A stretch of DNA of 64,000 nt, taken from Tetramitus jugosus (taxonomy: Eukaryota > Protista > Heterolobosea). Shown here one piece after another: positions 33,715 through 47,214 of this stretch. The stretch covers positions 248,001 to 312,000 of the forward strand of contig OW569346.1 in NCBI GenBank assembly GCA_937625935.1, given 5' to 3'. The notes beneath the pieces are model-generated. The model saw only the letters and a list, made by a program, of their open reading frames with translations. It was not told the origin of the DNA and did no database searches. Made by a program: the position numbers and the translations under genes. The stretch's first letter is position 1. The number at the start of each line of letters is the position of its first letter.

Positions 33715-36663
33715 TTAGATCAAATCCTCACTAGAGGTCAGTTCTTCCACAACAACAGTGGTAGTTTGGTTCACAGAGGATGGTTGCTGGGCAGCGTTGA
33801 GTTGCTTTTTGAGTTGTTCAATCTCCAACTTTAGGGCTGCCTTTTCATCTTCACATTGTTTGGCTTTGTTGGCCCACATTTCATTCAATGCAGCCATTTC
33901 AGCTTTCAATTGATCTCTGGTCTTTGAAGCATCAGAAATTCTAGCTTCAAGGCTTGATTTAGCTGCTGTCAGAGAACGTCTGGTATTATCGAGCTTATTC
34001 TTTGTACCATTTGCCTCATCAATATTCTCTTTCAAGTAAAGGAATTGTTCATTCAATACATCTTGAATCGTATTCAATTGACGGGTAGCCTCGTCTTCTT
34101 CAACCTTACAGCTAGTCACATTTCTCTTATGATTTTCCATTGCGTCCAAGATCGCAGTGATATTGGATTGCTTTTGGTTGGCAATCTGTTGTTGCTCATT
34201 CAAGTTTTCTCGTGTATGATTTTGCTCAGTACTGATATCTTCCAACTTTGCTTGCAATGCTTCCTTATCTCTGATTAATCCCTGCTTAACAATATTTCTA
34301 GTTTGCAATTTCTCGTTGATTCTGTCAATCTTTTGCTGGGATTGTGCTTCCTTTGTTTTCAACCTGTCCAAATCTTTGTTCAGCTGATCCAAGTGATCAT
34401 TCACCTTCTTCTTTTGCTCAGTCAACTCACGTCTGTCATTCTCTCCAATATTGGTTTGGTTGCTGATGAACTGGTCCAACCACTCTTGCTCTTTTCTCTT
34501 TCTCTCAATGGTAGCTTCGTCATCACCAAAGATGTTCTTAAGGGCATCTTCATCACCAATATAGCCAATGAATCTCTTCTTAGCACTGTCATAGTCTTCG
34601 TCGGCTCTCAAAGAGTTCACAAGTTTTGCCTTCACATCACCAGCTTCACTCTTCAAGTTCTTAATTCTACGGAGTCTATCCTCAGTTTCAATAAGTCTTA
34701 GAGAAATAGCGCTAGCTTCTTCTTTCTTTTCAGCGAGAATCTTTTCAGCTTGTTGGATGTCTTTAACAATGTCATCCTTAATCTTCTGCTCTGCTTCCTT
34801 TTGCTTTTCAAGGTCAGTACTTTCTTGTTCAGGACCGCTCAAGATAGAGTTAATGTGTTTGAGCTTATCATTGATGGCCTTCTCTTCAATTTGAAGTCTA
34901 TTCAATATTGCCTCAAAATTAGCAATTGCCACTTGAGCATCTTTCAATTCATTTTGGATTCCCTCAAGGGATTTCTTTTCTGCTCCCAAAAGATCCTTAG
35001 CTTGCAAAGAAGCACGCTCTGCTTCATGGAACTTTTGCTCAGCAGCTCTTAGTTGATCGAGCTTTTCTCTCAAAGCGGATGCAACTTGACTGATACTCTC
35101 CTTTTGCTTGATATACCTATTCTTCTCCAGTTCAATTGTTGCGACATATTGAGCAACAGTCGTACGGGTCTGATCATTGGTGTTGGTAATTTCCTTATTG
35201 AGAGCCTCAATTTCATGACAACGTCTCAATACTGCAGGAATTTGCTTGATCAACTCTTCGAATTGGTAGTCCTTTTGTAACACAGCTTGGGCATCTCCTT
35301 CAACGTTTGATTGTTCATCGGTGACGATGCTTGATGCTTCAATAATGGAGTTTGCACGAACCAAAGCATCTTCAATCAAGATGCTAAAAGCGCGGTTGTC
35401 AATTTCCTCACCTGGTCTACGAGGCTGAGTGTTCAATGCCCACAAGTCCTTAAACTGAGAGAAGCTTCCTGCGTTACCACCCCAAATGTAAATATCATTG
35501 TGGTAAACAACAGCACAGTGTCCTTGACGGCTGGCTGGTGCGTTAGCAAATGACTTTTCGACCCAAGAGTGACTAGAAAGGGAGAAAACCTTGTCATGAG
35601 TGCCCAAGAATCCATTGCTATTGAGTCCACCAAAGAAATAAACATATTGACCAATCTTGCTTGCGCTGAACAAAGCACGAGCTGGTCCATTGCCAAGGGA
35701 TGACCATTCTCCAGTACCTACATTGAAGATACGAATAGAAGTCAAATAGTCGCTACCATCCAATCCACCAAACACATAGACGGAGATGCTGTCCTTCTTG
35801 TAAGACAAAACAGCTGCATGACCCTCTGAAACAACTGGTGCAGAAGCAGCCTTGGTCCATGTCAACGTATCCAAATTCAACAAGAAAGTGTCACTAAATC
35901 GGTTTGATCCATCACTTCCACCATGAACAAACAATTGGGTGTTATTGTTGACGGCAATGGCAATATGGTTTTGACGAGGAGATGGAACATCACCAGTGGT
36001 GTCCAACTTTGAAAACACACCAGTGTTTGTATCAATCTTGTACAAATCGTTAGAGTAGGAGAAATATCCACTTCTTCCTCCGAAAATGTACATGTCGGAG
36101 CCTATTTGAGTCATTGTATGACCAGCAAGGGTAGGAATGCCCTTGAGTGGAGCTTCAGGGTTAAAGATTTCTTGTTTCCATGTCTTGTATTCTGTGTTTA
36201 TGGTATTTGACAATGTTAGCTCTCATGATCTCTCATTTCGTGTGAAAAAAAATGTGTGAAACGAAAAAGAAAAGAAGAGCTTAACGTACGTAAATCAAAT
36301 GATCGAACTTCATCACTCAACGAAAAACCAGCTTTACCTCCAAACACATAGAGCTTGTTGTTCAAGAGTGCACAGCTGTGAGATGATCTCTCAGATGGTG
36401 GACTTCCTCTGGTAGCCTCAATTTTCTTCCAAACAGCAGCTAAAAGAGAGAAAGATTTATGGTGTCAATATCATTTTTGAGATCAAAGGCTGCAAGAGCT
36501 ATGATGAAAACCGATAAATAGCTCATCTTATGAAAGCTACTGTCTCACTGGTTGAGTACATACATGGACTGGTGAAAGAAAAGGATGTTATGAGATCGGC
36601 GTTGGCTGTAACGACCAACAACGCTAACAACAAGGACAGAATGAATAAATTTTGAGGTGTCAT
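33715..36663 (-). CDS. Signal-peptide + Kelch repeats + long coiled-coil protein (3 exons)
   Basis: Exon 1 MTPQNLFILSLLLALLVVTANA; exon 2 SHSCALLNNKLYVFGG; repeated FGG/HGG Kelch motifs; ~500 aa coiled coil. Confidence 0.8.
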
Positions 36664-36895
36664 TTCTTTTGGTTGTGAAAGTGTTGGGTTTTTCTTTTTT
36701 TCTTGAGACCGCCAACGATCGTTATGTTAACCTCACATTTTGGCGGGTGGTTGGGCGGTTCACACATTTTTTGGAGGCAAGCGGTCTATTTATTGACGCT
36801 TGATGAGTTGGTCCTGAAAAGGTCTCAAGGAGGATTTTGACTTCTCTTACAAAAAGCGACCATTCAAATTGCAAGAGATCAGTACTCATGTCTTC

Positions 36896-37735
36896 TTATG
36901 CAGTGTCAACAATATTGGCTGAGTCCTCTGAATTCTCAAGATATCCCTGAGCATCTGTACTGCTCGCTCGTTCAGGATCGTTGGTGACTAGGGTTGGAGA
37001 TGTAGCGATCTGACGTACTATGGAGGGATTGGTTGTGACTGTAGTTTCCGCAGGAGTGCCTGTGGTCCTTTCTAGAACAGGAGACAGATTCAAGTATTCA
37101 ACACCATTTGGATGAGTCACAATCGCTATGGGAGTTCGACTTGAGACCACTGGCCGAGATTGAGACACGATCGAAGCAGGAGCCCTGGTAAAAACGATTG
37201 TGGGTGTTGGATCGAATTTCATATCTGATATAATGTGCCTCTTGGCAAACAGACCTCTCATGATACTGCTGACTGCATGTTCTGATGATTCCGTGGCAGG
37301 TATGGTTATCGATAAGGACGAGGCCCCACTACTTGCTTGTTGTGAATGATAGGACTGTTGTTCCACGAAAGCTAAAAGTTCCAAAAAGCAATTTCTCAGT
37401 GCCAACTTTAACTTTCTCTTGTAAACGAAATACCCTATCACAAAACCGATCATGCTCACACAAGCTGTTGGAATGGACAGCAAAATGCAAACCACCAACA
37501 TACTAATCACATATGCTCTATAATTTGCCTTCTTCTGATGAAAGTCGTTCAAGATCGTGTTACAATGAACCAGAAACTCTGCAAATTCATCATCTGTCAC
37601 ACCACATTGACTCAAGGTAATGGGTAACGTGGATTCATAGAGCCAATTCTCAGGGTTTGGTTTCAATTCAAATAAAATATCATCAGAATCGCGGGCAGGT
37701 TGCACCACTGGAACTGGATTTTCTATTGTGCTCAT
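36896..37735 (-). CDS. Membrane protein, possibly Erf4/Golgin-A7-like
   Basis: 279-aa ORF with a hydrophobic hairpin after LSQCGVTDDEFAEF. Confidence 0.55.
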   Translation of the reverse strand: MSTIENPVPVVQPARDSDDILFELKPNPENWLYESTLPITLSQCGVTDDEFAEFLVHCNTILNDFHQKKANYRAYVISMLVVCILLSIPTACVSMIGFVIGYFVYKRKLKLALRNCFLELLAFVEQQSYHSQQASSGASSLSITIPATESSEHAVSSIMRGLFAKRHIISDMKFDPTPTIVFTRAPASIVSQSRPVVSSRTPIAIVTHPNGVEYLNLSPVLERTTGTPAETTVTTNPSIVRQIATSPTLVTNDPERASSTDAQGYLENSEDSANIVDTA

Positions 37736-38333
37736 GCTTGCTTGTACCTACTAATACTAGTTTCTTCGTTTGCGATTCGGGGTTGTATTTAGTGTTGTTT
37801 GGGTTGTCTTTGATTTTTTCTCGTTTTTGCTTCTTCCATTCCCCTCTTGGATGATTGATTGTATTCCAAAATTGAAACCTTAATGGATTAAGGTTATTTT
37901 TATATTCTAAAAAGTTATCGGATCAAAAACAAGTGACACCCTATCACAAAATTCTTTTTCTCATGTTGTATTGTAACACTTGATTGATCTTACCACTCAG
38001 GCCTAAATGGATCTTTAATCCTTGCACATTATTGGCCCTGATTCGTTGTTGAAATTAATAAGTCTGCCGAAACTCATCCCTGAAAAAAATCTTCGTTGTG
38101 GTTGTCAGACATTGACAATTCAAGAAGAATTCAATGACTGTTCGATGTCGCATGCGGGCTTGGCTTCGATTTTTTACTATCCGGAAAATAAACTCTTGGC
38201 GCGCACGCGATGCATGACGAAAAGTTCTTTTTCCCTGTCTGTTCATCGGTTTTCATCCCCCAACAACAAAACAACGAAACAACAACCATACTTGCAATAT
38301 TGATCATTATCAAACCACGAACCAAACAACAAC

Positions 38334-39292
38334 ATGACCAATCTTTTCAAACAAACATCCAAACTACTCACTCAAGCAACATCATCATCATCTGATATTT
38401 TCACAAAGCGCATCATGCTACTGGGAGCTCCAGGTACTGTGTGTTTCAACATCTCATATGATTCTCATTCTGTTGTGTTACACGATCTCATCTCCTCTTC
38501 ATTTTTGCAAATGGCTAACTCTTCTCATTATTTTGCATTTTGCACAATACAACAAATAATCATCATTCAACAACATATTTTCATGCACAACAAACAAACA
38601 ACAAACAATAACAACTCAACTAATTTAATCAATAATCGATAATAATAATAGGAGTGGGAAAGGGCACTTATGCGAGTAGAGCAGCCAAAGTACTCAACAT
38701 TCCTCATTTGGCTGCAGGTGACATGATTCGTGCGGAAATCAAATCACAATCCTCACTCGGCAAACAAATGACACAGTACACTCAACAGGGAAAACTGGTT
38801 CCCGATGAGTTGGTCAACGAAATTATTGTTACCAATTTGAAGCGCTATGAAAAGAGTCATCAAGGCTTCCTGTTGGACGGATTCCCCAGAAATCTGACTC
38901 AGGCACAAAACAGTGACATTCATTTGGATGCAGTCATCAATTTGACACAAAACGAACACATTATTGTTAGAAAAATCTCTGGTAGGAGAGTGTGCAGTCA
39001 GTGTGGTGCCAATTACAATTTGGAACACATCAAGGAAGACGGATTGGACATGCCACCGATTCTACCCAAGCAACACGGTGTTTGTGACTCTTGTGGTGCT
39101 CATGATTCATTGGTGCAGAGACCGGATGACAATCAAGAAGTTGTCTTGAGGCGATTGGTCGAGTACAGGTCAGAGACGGAGCCGTTGATTGCCTACTATG
39201 AGAATAAGGGCATTTTGAAGACGTTTAGAGTGACGGGTGGTGCAGAGGAGTTGTTGCCCGCCTTTTTGGAATTACTTCACTCGAGACATTAA
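38334..39292 (+). CDS. adk: Adenylate kinase (intron 38434-38651)
   Basis: Spliced P-loop GAPGVGKGT, LDGFPR, LID with CxxC..CxxC, QRPDD. Confidence 0.92.
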
Positions 39293-39503
39293 TGACGGCG
39301 ATTGAGTATGCGCAAACTGTTTTTATATAAGAATATTTTTTCATTGCTCCATATGTGTGTGTGTGAACAATGGTGTGTAAATACATTTCAATCCAAGGTG
39401 TATGATAGATATATGATGTATAGCTATGTGTATGTGTGTTGTTTGTCATGATAAACTGCATGAACCTGCATAGTTATTGAACATTTGTGTTTTAGTATGC
39501 TTT

Positions 39504-40628
39504 TTAGTTGGATTCTTCCTCCGTTGTTTCCGCAGTGGTGTTCGTGTGGTAGTCCAGAATGGAATCGACAAATGCCTCTGCTTCAAACTCTCTCAAATCC
39601 TCTGATTTTTCTCCTACGCCAACATATAGGATGGGTATTTTGAGTGTGTGAGCCACACCTAGAATTACTCCACCCCGTGCACTGCCGTCCAACTTTGTCA
39701 TGATGACTCCTGAGACTTGAACTCGTTTTGTGAACTCTTTGGCCTGATCAATTGAATTCTGACCAATTGTAGCATCAAGAACAATCCATACAGCATCTGG
39801 AGCACCTCTTCTTGCCTTTGAACAAGCACCAGATATTCTTTGGAGCTCATCCATGGAAGATTGATTGGTCTGCAGTCTTCCAGCCGTGTCCACAATCATC
39901 AAATCAGGTGCATTATTCTCCTCTGGTGAGAGCTTCTTTTGTTGAATGACATATTGGAACGCATCATGAACAACCACCTCTGGCGATATCTTTTCATAGA
40001 CTTGCCTAATGTTGACAGAGGATTTGTCTGCATGCAAATGAGCCTTGCTCTTGGAAGCGTGCGACGTCGATGGTGATGATGACGATGAAGAAGATTGAGC
40101 ATGTCGAGCAATGACTGGAATTTCATTTCGCTGACCCCAAATTTCCAATTGCTCGACAGCAGCAGCACGTACTGTATCTGCCGCAGCCACCACAATCTTT
40201 CGCTTGTGCTGATTCTTGTAAAGGTATGCTAATTTTCCAATCGTTGTTGTTTTTCCGACACCGTTCACTCCGACCACCATGAGCACAGTGGGTTGATGCT
40301 TTGATTGTAGTTGGCGAATGATTGGCGCGCGTTTTTGAGCGGGCGTTTGAAAGAGTCGGAGCATTTCAGATCGGAGTAATGTCCTTAGCTTTTGGACGGC
40401 GTCAGAGTCATCAATGGCTGACTTCATGAGTTCATCGCGCTTCGCATTCACTTGACTCACCAAGTGCTTGGTTGTTGTTACTCCGACATCGGAGCGGTAT
40501 AATGCATTCTCCAAATTGGCAATGATTTGTTCGGCGGTGAGTTTGGTTTGACTTGAAGATCCTCCAAAAATATTCTCAACAAATGATTGTGTGGTTTTCT
40601 TCAGTCCTGATACGAGACCCCGAAACAT
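39504..40628 (-). CDS. ftsY: Bacterial-type SRP receptor FtsY (likely mitochondrial)
   Basis: GLKKT N-terminus, GVNGVGKTTTIGKLA, DTVRAAA, DTAGRLQ, TKLDGSARGG, GVGE; no SRX domain. Confidence 0.9.
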   Translation of the reverse strand: MFRGLVSGLKKTTQSFVENIFGGSSSQTKLTAEQIIANLENALYRSDVGVTTTKHLVSQVNAKRDELMKSAIDDSDAVQKLRTLLRSEMLRLFQTPAQKRAPIIRQLQSKHQPTVLMVVGVNGVGKTTTIGKLAYLYKNQHKRKIVVAAADTVRAAAVEQLEIWGQRNEIPVIARHAQSSSSSSSPSTSHASKSKAHLHADKSSVNIRQVYEKISPEVVVHDAFQYVIQQKKLSPEENNAPDLMIVDTAGRLQTNQSSMDELQRISGACSKARRGAPDAVWIVLDATIGQNSIDQAKEFTKRVQVSGVIMTKLDGSARGGVILGVAHTLKIPILYVGVGEKSEDLREFEAEAFVDSILDYHTNTTAETTEEESN

Positions 40629-40812
40629 TGTTGATGCTTATGTATTGTTGTTTGTTTGTTAGTGATCTTCTTGTTTTGTTTTTGTTGCATTTTTTTTCTC
40701 TTTATTTATCCGATCGCGAGTTGGAAGAAAGTGTGGAAGGGACGGGACTTGATCTACGAAACGGTTTTTCGATTACCAAGGATAATAATCGAATCATTGA
40801 TGATATCGAAGT

Positions 40813-41739
40813 ATGAGTAGTTTAGAGCATCGAAAAATCGGACAAAGAAAGGGAGAACCCGAGGCATCTCTGATGGATTTTCCTCAACACGAAGATGATT
40901 CCTTTGCGAATTCTTCTTCTCCACCCTATTCTAACAACAAGAGTGAACGTAAGAACCCGAAGAGTAGTCCTTATAGTGCGAATCGGAGTAGAGAGGAATC
41001 TCCCTTGACGCACAACAAATTGACAGAGTATATGACTTGTGTGATTTGTTTCCAATTGGTTACTGACAACAGAGAATGCGTTCAATGTCATAGTGTAGCT
41101 TGTGTGTCGTGTTTGAATCAATTTCATTCCAACAAGGACAAATCAATTCATAGACCATGTCCTGCTTGTAATCTACCAACTGCCGATGAAAATGGAAAAC
41201 CATTAATGCCCATTAGTAGTGGGGAGGAGAAAGGAAATCATTCCGTGTTCGTTGACAAGAGAGGAGCTGGTGACAATGAAAAAGATCTGATTGACTCATT
41301 TCTAGGGAATGTATCCGGTCCTCAACAGACTCGTCTCTCACACAATAACTTGTTGCAAAAGATGGTGAATAGGATGCCTTCACGATGCTCATTTTGTCAA
41401 ACATCGTGCACTCATGGGCACTTGACAGATCATTATCCCAATTGCCCGGCACATGTAACGTACGGAGATTACTATCGACTTGGAAGATCATTTGATACTC
41501 AACATGTTGAATTACTTGAGATGGAGAAGGAAATAATACAATTACGCCGGTTGTGTGAGACCCAAAAGCTCACGATTGCTGAGTTAGAACTAGAGAACAA
41601 AGATTTAGCACTGGGATTACAAGAAAGGACAACACGACTTCAAGCAGCACAGGCTACAATGAGACAATTAGATCACGAAAATGTTCAATTCAAAGAAACC
41701 ATTGACAGATTGAGTAGGCATTTCAACATATCCATGTAA
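40813..41739 (+). CDS. RING finger / TRAF-type zinc finger protein with coiled coil
   Basis: CVIC..CVQCH..CVSC..CPAC; CSFC..H..CP. Confidence 0.8.
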   Translation: MSSLEHRKIGQRKGEPEASLMDFPQHEDDSFANSSSPPYSNNKSERKNPKSSPYSANRSREESPLTHNKLTEYMTCVICFQLVTDNRECVQCHSVACVSCLNQFHSNKDKSIHRPCPACNLPTADENGKPLMPISSGEEKGNHSVFVDKRGAGDNEKDLIDSFLGNVSGPQQTRLSHNNLLQKMVNRMPSRCSFCQTSCTHGHLTDHYPNCPAHVTYGDYYRLGRSFDTQHVELLEMEKEIIQLRRLCETQKLTIAELELENKDLALGLQERTTRLQAAQATMRQLDHENVQFKETIDRLSRHFNISM

Positions 41740-41852
41740 AACAATTTCCTTGTCCTGCTTCTGCTCACTCGATTCTCCGATGAACGGTGATTTTGTGAAT
41801 TAATTTACGGCTCGCTACTCTGAATCAAAACTATTTTGTTTCCATTGTAGAT

Positions 41853-42760
41853 ATGACATCGACTCAGAAGAGCATTGCTCATGAATTGCAGGACATAGAT
41901 GGTCTCTTGCACGAGTTACACGAGTTGTGCGAAGTAGAAAGCAAACCAACAAAGGAAGATCGAATTCAGATGATGATTAATTGTTTGCACATGGCCCGAG
42001 ATTTGCAACAATCCATATCGAACATGAAGTTGATAATCAGAGAGAAATTAATAAACGAAGATGACCCGAATGTTCGACGAGAACTGTTAAACTTTCAGGA
42101 AAAGGTGTGTTTCTGTTGATGGACAATTGAATATATTGATGGAAGCTAACTTGCTCTTTAAAGTATGATGTTTATGTCAGAAGAGCTTATAGAGATATAT
42201 TGGATCAGTATGAAACCCTGCAGAGATTGAAGAGAGTATGTACTATCAGTCTCACTTTCTCCGTCAAATGACTTATCTCTTATATATATGACAGCTTGAA
42301 TTTGAAAATTTGCTTCTAGGAGTACATTCGACTCAATACAACGAACAAATTAGTGGTCAAATCGTGGAAAGGGTAAGACATTGTTTTTCGAACAAAATTT
42401 GAATAGAATTCTCTCTACTGACACTCTATAGATTAAGGAGAAAGTTAAATACCTGGAGCATAAGATCAATACCCCAAGAAACACGATGAATTTCTCTGAA
42501 TTATCCAGTAGAGACTCTCTGTCGATCGATAGTAGCCCATTAAGCACTGAGACTTTTTTCCGGCAACATCTCCTAGTCCAAGGAGTCACCTAACAAGAAA
42601 TCCGCTGAACTACAATATATCTCGGAGTAGAGAATGTTCTCCTGAGAAAGATTCTCTAAATCCACCAAGAACCAATCTGAGTTCACAGCATTTCGTCGAG
42701 GAAACATTTGACTTTGATGATCCACTAAGTCAATCCCCAGTCCGAGATCTTCTCCTGTAA
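41853..42760 (+). CDS. Hypothetical multi-exon protein
   Basis: 88-aa first exon followed by GT-AG delimited segments; end approximate. Confidence 0.4.
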
Positions 42761-42818
42761 CAATATGTAAACTATGTCGTGAGAAATTATCGTTTACAGT
42801 ATTTATTGATTATTTGTT

Positions 42819-45800
42819 TCATGGTCTCAGAGAGGCTCTCGCAACATCTAAAATCTCTTTTCGAATTCTCGGATATCGAGGATGGGAGTTAAGTATTTTG
42901 TGACATACATCAATAGCATTAAGATATCTTCGAGACTTCAAGTAATTAAATGCTAACTTGAAACCCACTCCTGGATCTCTCTCTTGTGATAATCTCCATG
43001 CCTGCTCGTAGCATTCTGAAGCCTCATTGTGATTCTTTTCCTTTTCAAATATCAGTCCTCTCCATTCCCATGCTCTAGAGCATGATTTATTTAATCTCAG
43101 TACTCTGGACAATAATTCTTCTGCCATTTCATTCTTGCCTTGCTCTATATTGATACCTGCAAGTAATAACCATCCCCTTTCGACATCATCCGCCTCCTCC
43201 TCACTTGGATTCTCGATCTTTGTTATTCGCTTCAAGTTGTTTCTGGCCTTGGGAGTTTGCTTGGTTCGCTCCAGAGCCTCTGACATATATACAAGAGCTG
43301 GAATGTTGTCTTTCTCCTTGGTTAATACTTGGACAAACAAAGGTAATGCTTTCTCAATGTCGCTCTTGGTTTTGCTCCTAGACATTTGAATCCTTCCCTC
43401 AATAACCTTTAGAAGATTGTTAGATATCGAAGTATTATCAACAGCATATAGAGACAACTCTTTTAGAAGCCTTTCTGCGGCCAGCGCATTCGCTTCGGTG
43501 TCCTCCGCACTAAGTGATGTCTTAGGAATATCTTGTTCTTGGATACCTTGTTGATCTGAAAATAGTGTTGTTGTATCAGGATCAAGGTAGATATCAATCA
43601 TGAAGAAAATTGCTTGATGTCCCCATTCTCTATTCTTTCTCGCCAAATTAAACTCTCGCATTGCATCTCTATAATTTTTGGTATAGTAATGATACAGGGC
43701 ACTACTAAAATGGTATCCAGGATCAGCTGAAGTTCTCGCATTGGTATTTTTGGCATTTTCTAAATATTGTGGAGCTAGCTCTAACTTTCCCACTCTCCTA
43801 AGCAGCCTAATCATCTGTGAGAGTGCTGAGAAATTATCTGGTTTCTTTGTCAGAAAATTGTGGAAATGCTCTATTGCCTCTGTGTAATTGTTCTTTCTGA
43901 ACAAGATGCCAGCAAGCATTACTGTGGCCATTTCATCAACTGGAGAGATTCGAAGGAGATTTAAGCAATGATTTTGGCATTCATTAAGATCTCCTTTCTT
44001 TAAACATATCTCAGATAATGCCATTAAACTCATTTTATGAGTCTCGTCATGTTCTAATGCTTCATTGTAGAAACTTATTGCTTTTCCTGTGTCAGATATT
44101 TGCTGAAGAACTCCAATATTGTAGCAGATGTTCGAGGCAACTTGCTTCTGTAATATTAGCGCATCTTTTTGAGCACCTCTCAACTTCGATAAAACCTTTA
44201 ATTGCACACCTCTAGCCTTCATCAAATCATTGATAGAATCGGTAGCTTTCTCTAAACTGGCATGTATCTTTGATAGAAGATTTAAGCATGTAACTTGATT
44301 AATCATACTATCAAGCTCCATATTATGCTCCTCAAAAAGTACAACACCCTCGATCAATAATTTTTCAGCTTGGACATATTGCTTGAGTTTGAATAAGAGT
44401 TCACATAGCTCCATACGAATTGAAACTTTGTGAACATTTCTCGATAGTGCCTCAGCATAATAATCAATCGCACCCTGATAGTTATGAGTTCTGATCAGTG
44501 CTTTGCCAATCTTACTCCCTATCTCTGTAATTAAATTGTCGTCCAAAGTCAGAACCTGTTCATACACTTCAATTGCTTTCTCAGGCTCTAGAATCGTCAT
44601 GTACGCATCAGCAAGCGATATATGAGCTGCTATACTCTCTGGATTGTATTCTACTTGTTCTTGGTAGCATTTTACATACGACAACTTGTCATGTCTCTTA
44701 TTCAAGTAAATATATGCCATTTCAGTCTTAGCCCGCAAGAAGTTTTTGCTAGTGGATGGAATGGTGCTCAAGATACCGAGAGCACTATCGATTTCATTTT
44801 TACTTGCATTCAACTTTGCATTTGCAATTATTACTAGTTCCTTGTTCTCTAAATCGTTTTTGAACCTTTCTAACGCTTCCTCAATGACCTTTGACGCTTC
44901 AATCTCCTGATTAACTTTTGTGAGGATAGAGGCAAGTTCTAAGTAGAGAGCAACCGTTTCAATAACTGTCGCCTTCTGCTTACCATTTTCGTTCGCCTTT
45001 ATCGCTTTTTGAAGAACCTCGATCGCAGATCGCACATCACCAGTTGCTGCGCTAACTCTTGCTCTTAATAAGTGATATGATGGCCAATCCCTGATCAGAA
45101 AATTGCTGCTTATTGCTCGCTCTAGTGCGTTTGATGCTTCAGTATAATTCTCCTGAGCATAAAATATCTCCGCAGCTAAAAGATGCGCCTCAACCATCTT
45201 CTGGTCAACTTTCAAACAACTATTCACGACGGAGAGAGCGGGTTCGTATTCTCTGTTTAGATATCTGACCTTGGCGTACAAAAATTTACTTGGAAGAGAT
45301 GCTGGGACATATCTCACAACTCTCTCTAGCACTGCTGTTGCTTTTTGAAGGGGAACGGATGGAGAATCCGAGATGGTAAGTGGCTCGTGTGGACTGAATA
45401 AAAGATATTCACTGGCAATTTCTAAAAGGAGATGAGGGTTAAATTTTGAGTAAAATTCGAGGGAGGGCGATATATTCTTCATTTCCTCTTCATGGCATTT
45501 GATAGCTTCATCAAGGAATCGAAGACACTCCTCTGAATCGCTCATTTTTTCCTGTACAAGAGCATTGATAAACTTCAAATCTGAATACACATCTATAGAC
45601 CTTATTGTTAGAATACGGAATAAAATTAAAATACTTCAACACAAAATGTCTTACGTTTGAAAGTACTTGACTCCTCCTCTTCGAGACTCATATCCAGACC
45701 ATCGCCTGCCACATCATTCAACAAACTGAGGAACTGAACAGCTCGTTCAACTTTGTTTTGTTTGATCAGAGCTTTCACTAATCCCTTATTAGCAGGTATG

Positions 45801-47137
45801 CTCTCGGAATGATCATTAATTAAGTTTTCTGTATCTGCATCAATAATTTCAATTGCTTTTGTGAAAACCTCCTCAGCTGTTTTGAGCCGATTGGACTTAA
45901 GGAGTAAATTTCCATGAATATAATAGTATCTACCATATCTAGGCGAAATTTTTTTGGAACTCTCGATCATATCTATGCATACATCCAATAATCTTTCAAA
46001 TTCAAGTTAGTTTACTCCTACAATCCGAGAATTGAAAAAATAATGACTTACTCTTCCTGTTGACAAAGAACACCAAAACATTCAGCGAAATGACTAAACA
46101 ACTTATCATTCCTTGGTTCATTCAGACTTAAACTTCGATACAATTGTTGTAATGTCTTCAAAGCCTTTCCTTCATCATATTCCCTCGTTAATATGTACAA
46201 TAATCGATAAGAAAGAGCTTCAATATTATCTGGTTCAAAATCTGTGAGTATTTTCTGAACGATTTTATCTGCTTGCTCCCATTCTTCCAAAGCGATCATA
46301 ATCTTGGTTTTGGTCAAAAAAGCTGGTAAAAATGAGCTAAAATCAACAATTGCTGTATTCAGAATCTTAATAGACTCTTCAAATTGCTTCCCTCTTTCGT
46401 ATAGACATGCCATTCCCATCAACGCCTGTCAGTAACACAATGTTGGTCAGTAACAGAAAACGAACTCAAAGTAGATCAATCAATTGCAAAAGAGAACTTA
46501 CATCTAAATCTCTTCTACCTTGGAAAGGAGTATTCTTGAGAGCCTCTTCAAAGAAAGGCATGGGATCTTCCGAAGTTACATCATTGTCCTTCAGATTTAT
46601 CCATCCCCTCACGCTCAAAGAACTGGAATACTTGTCAAAAAACTGGTTGTCCACATTCTCCATCATTTGCCGAGCTTCGATGTAATTAGCAGTAAAGAGA
46701 TAAAATAGAGCTGCTTGCAACTTTGTCCCATCTGAAGCGTCATCTACACCAATTTCTATCATTGTGCTTAATTCATTGATCTCTTGTTCATCTGAAAAAA
46801 ATGGACGATAGAATACGTTAGTTAATACCTACAGTTTTGGTCCATCATCTATCATGTGGTTCATACCTGCTGAAGTTGTCTGTCTATTCGTGTAGAGCAA
46901 TCCAATGTATGCGGCGAGCTCCATTTCTTTTCGTTGTTTAATACTATTGAAACCTCGAAGGGCTTCACTCAAATTTCCCTGCATCGCATGACCAAAGCTG
47001 TGCCAGAAGACAACAACAGGGTCTCTCCCAAGTTTCATGACCTTCTCGCACAAGGTAACAATATGGTGGTAGTACCCCTGTAGAGCATAATAATTGATGG
47101 TGGCTTGAATCACGTTCGGCGCCGTACTTGCAGACAT
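42819..47137 (-). CDS. TTC21B: IFT-A subunit IFT139 / TTC21B (multi-exon)
   Basis: INYYALQGYY N-terminus, TPRs, KQTPKARNNLKRI, GFKLAFNYLK, YPRIRKEILDVARASLRP. Confidence 0.92.
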
Positions 47138-47214
47138 GACCAGATTGCGATCGTTGATTGTTTATGAGAAAGCTTGGCGAAACTGTAATGCAAGTTTTGA
47201 GCGCGCAAAACAAT

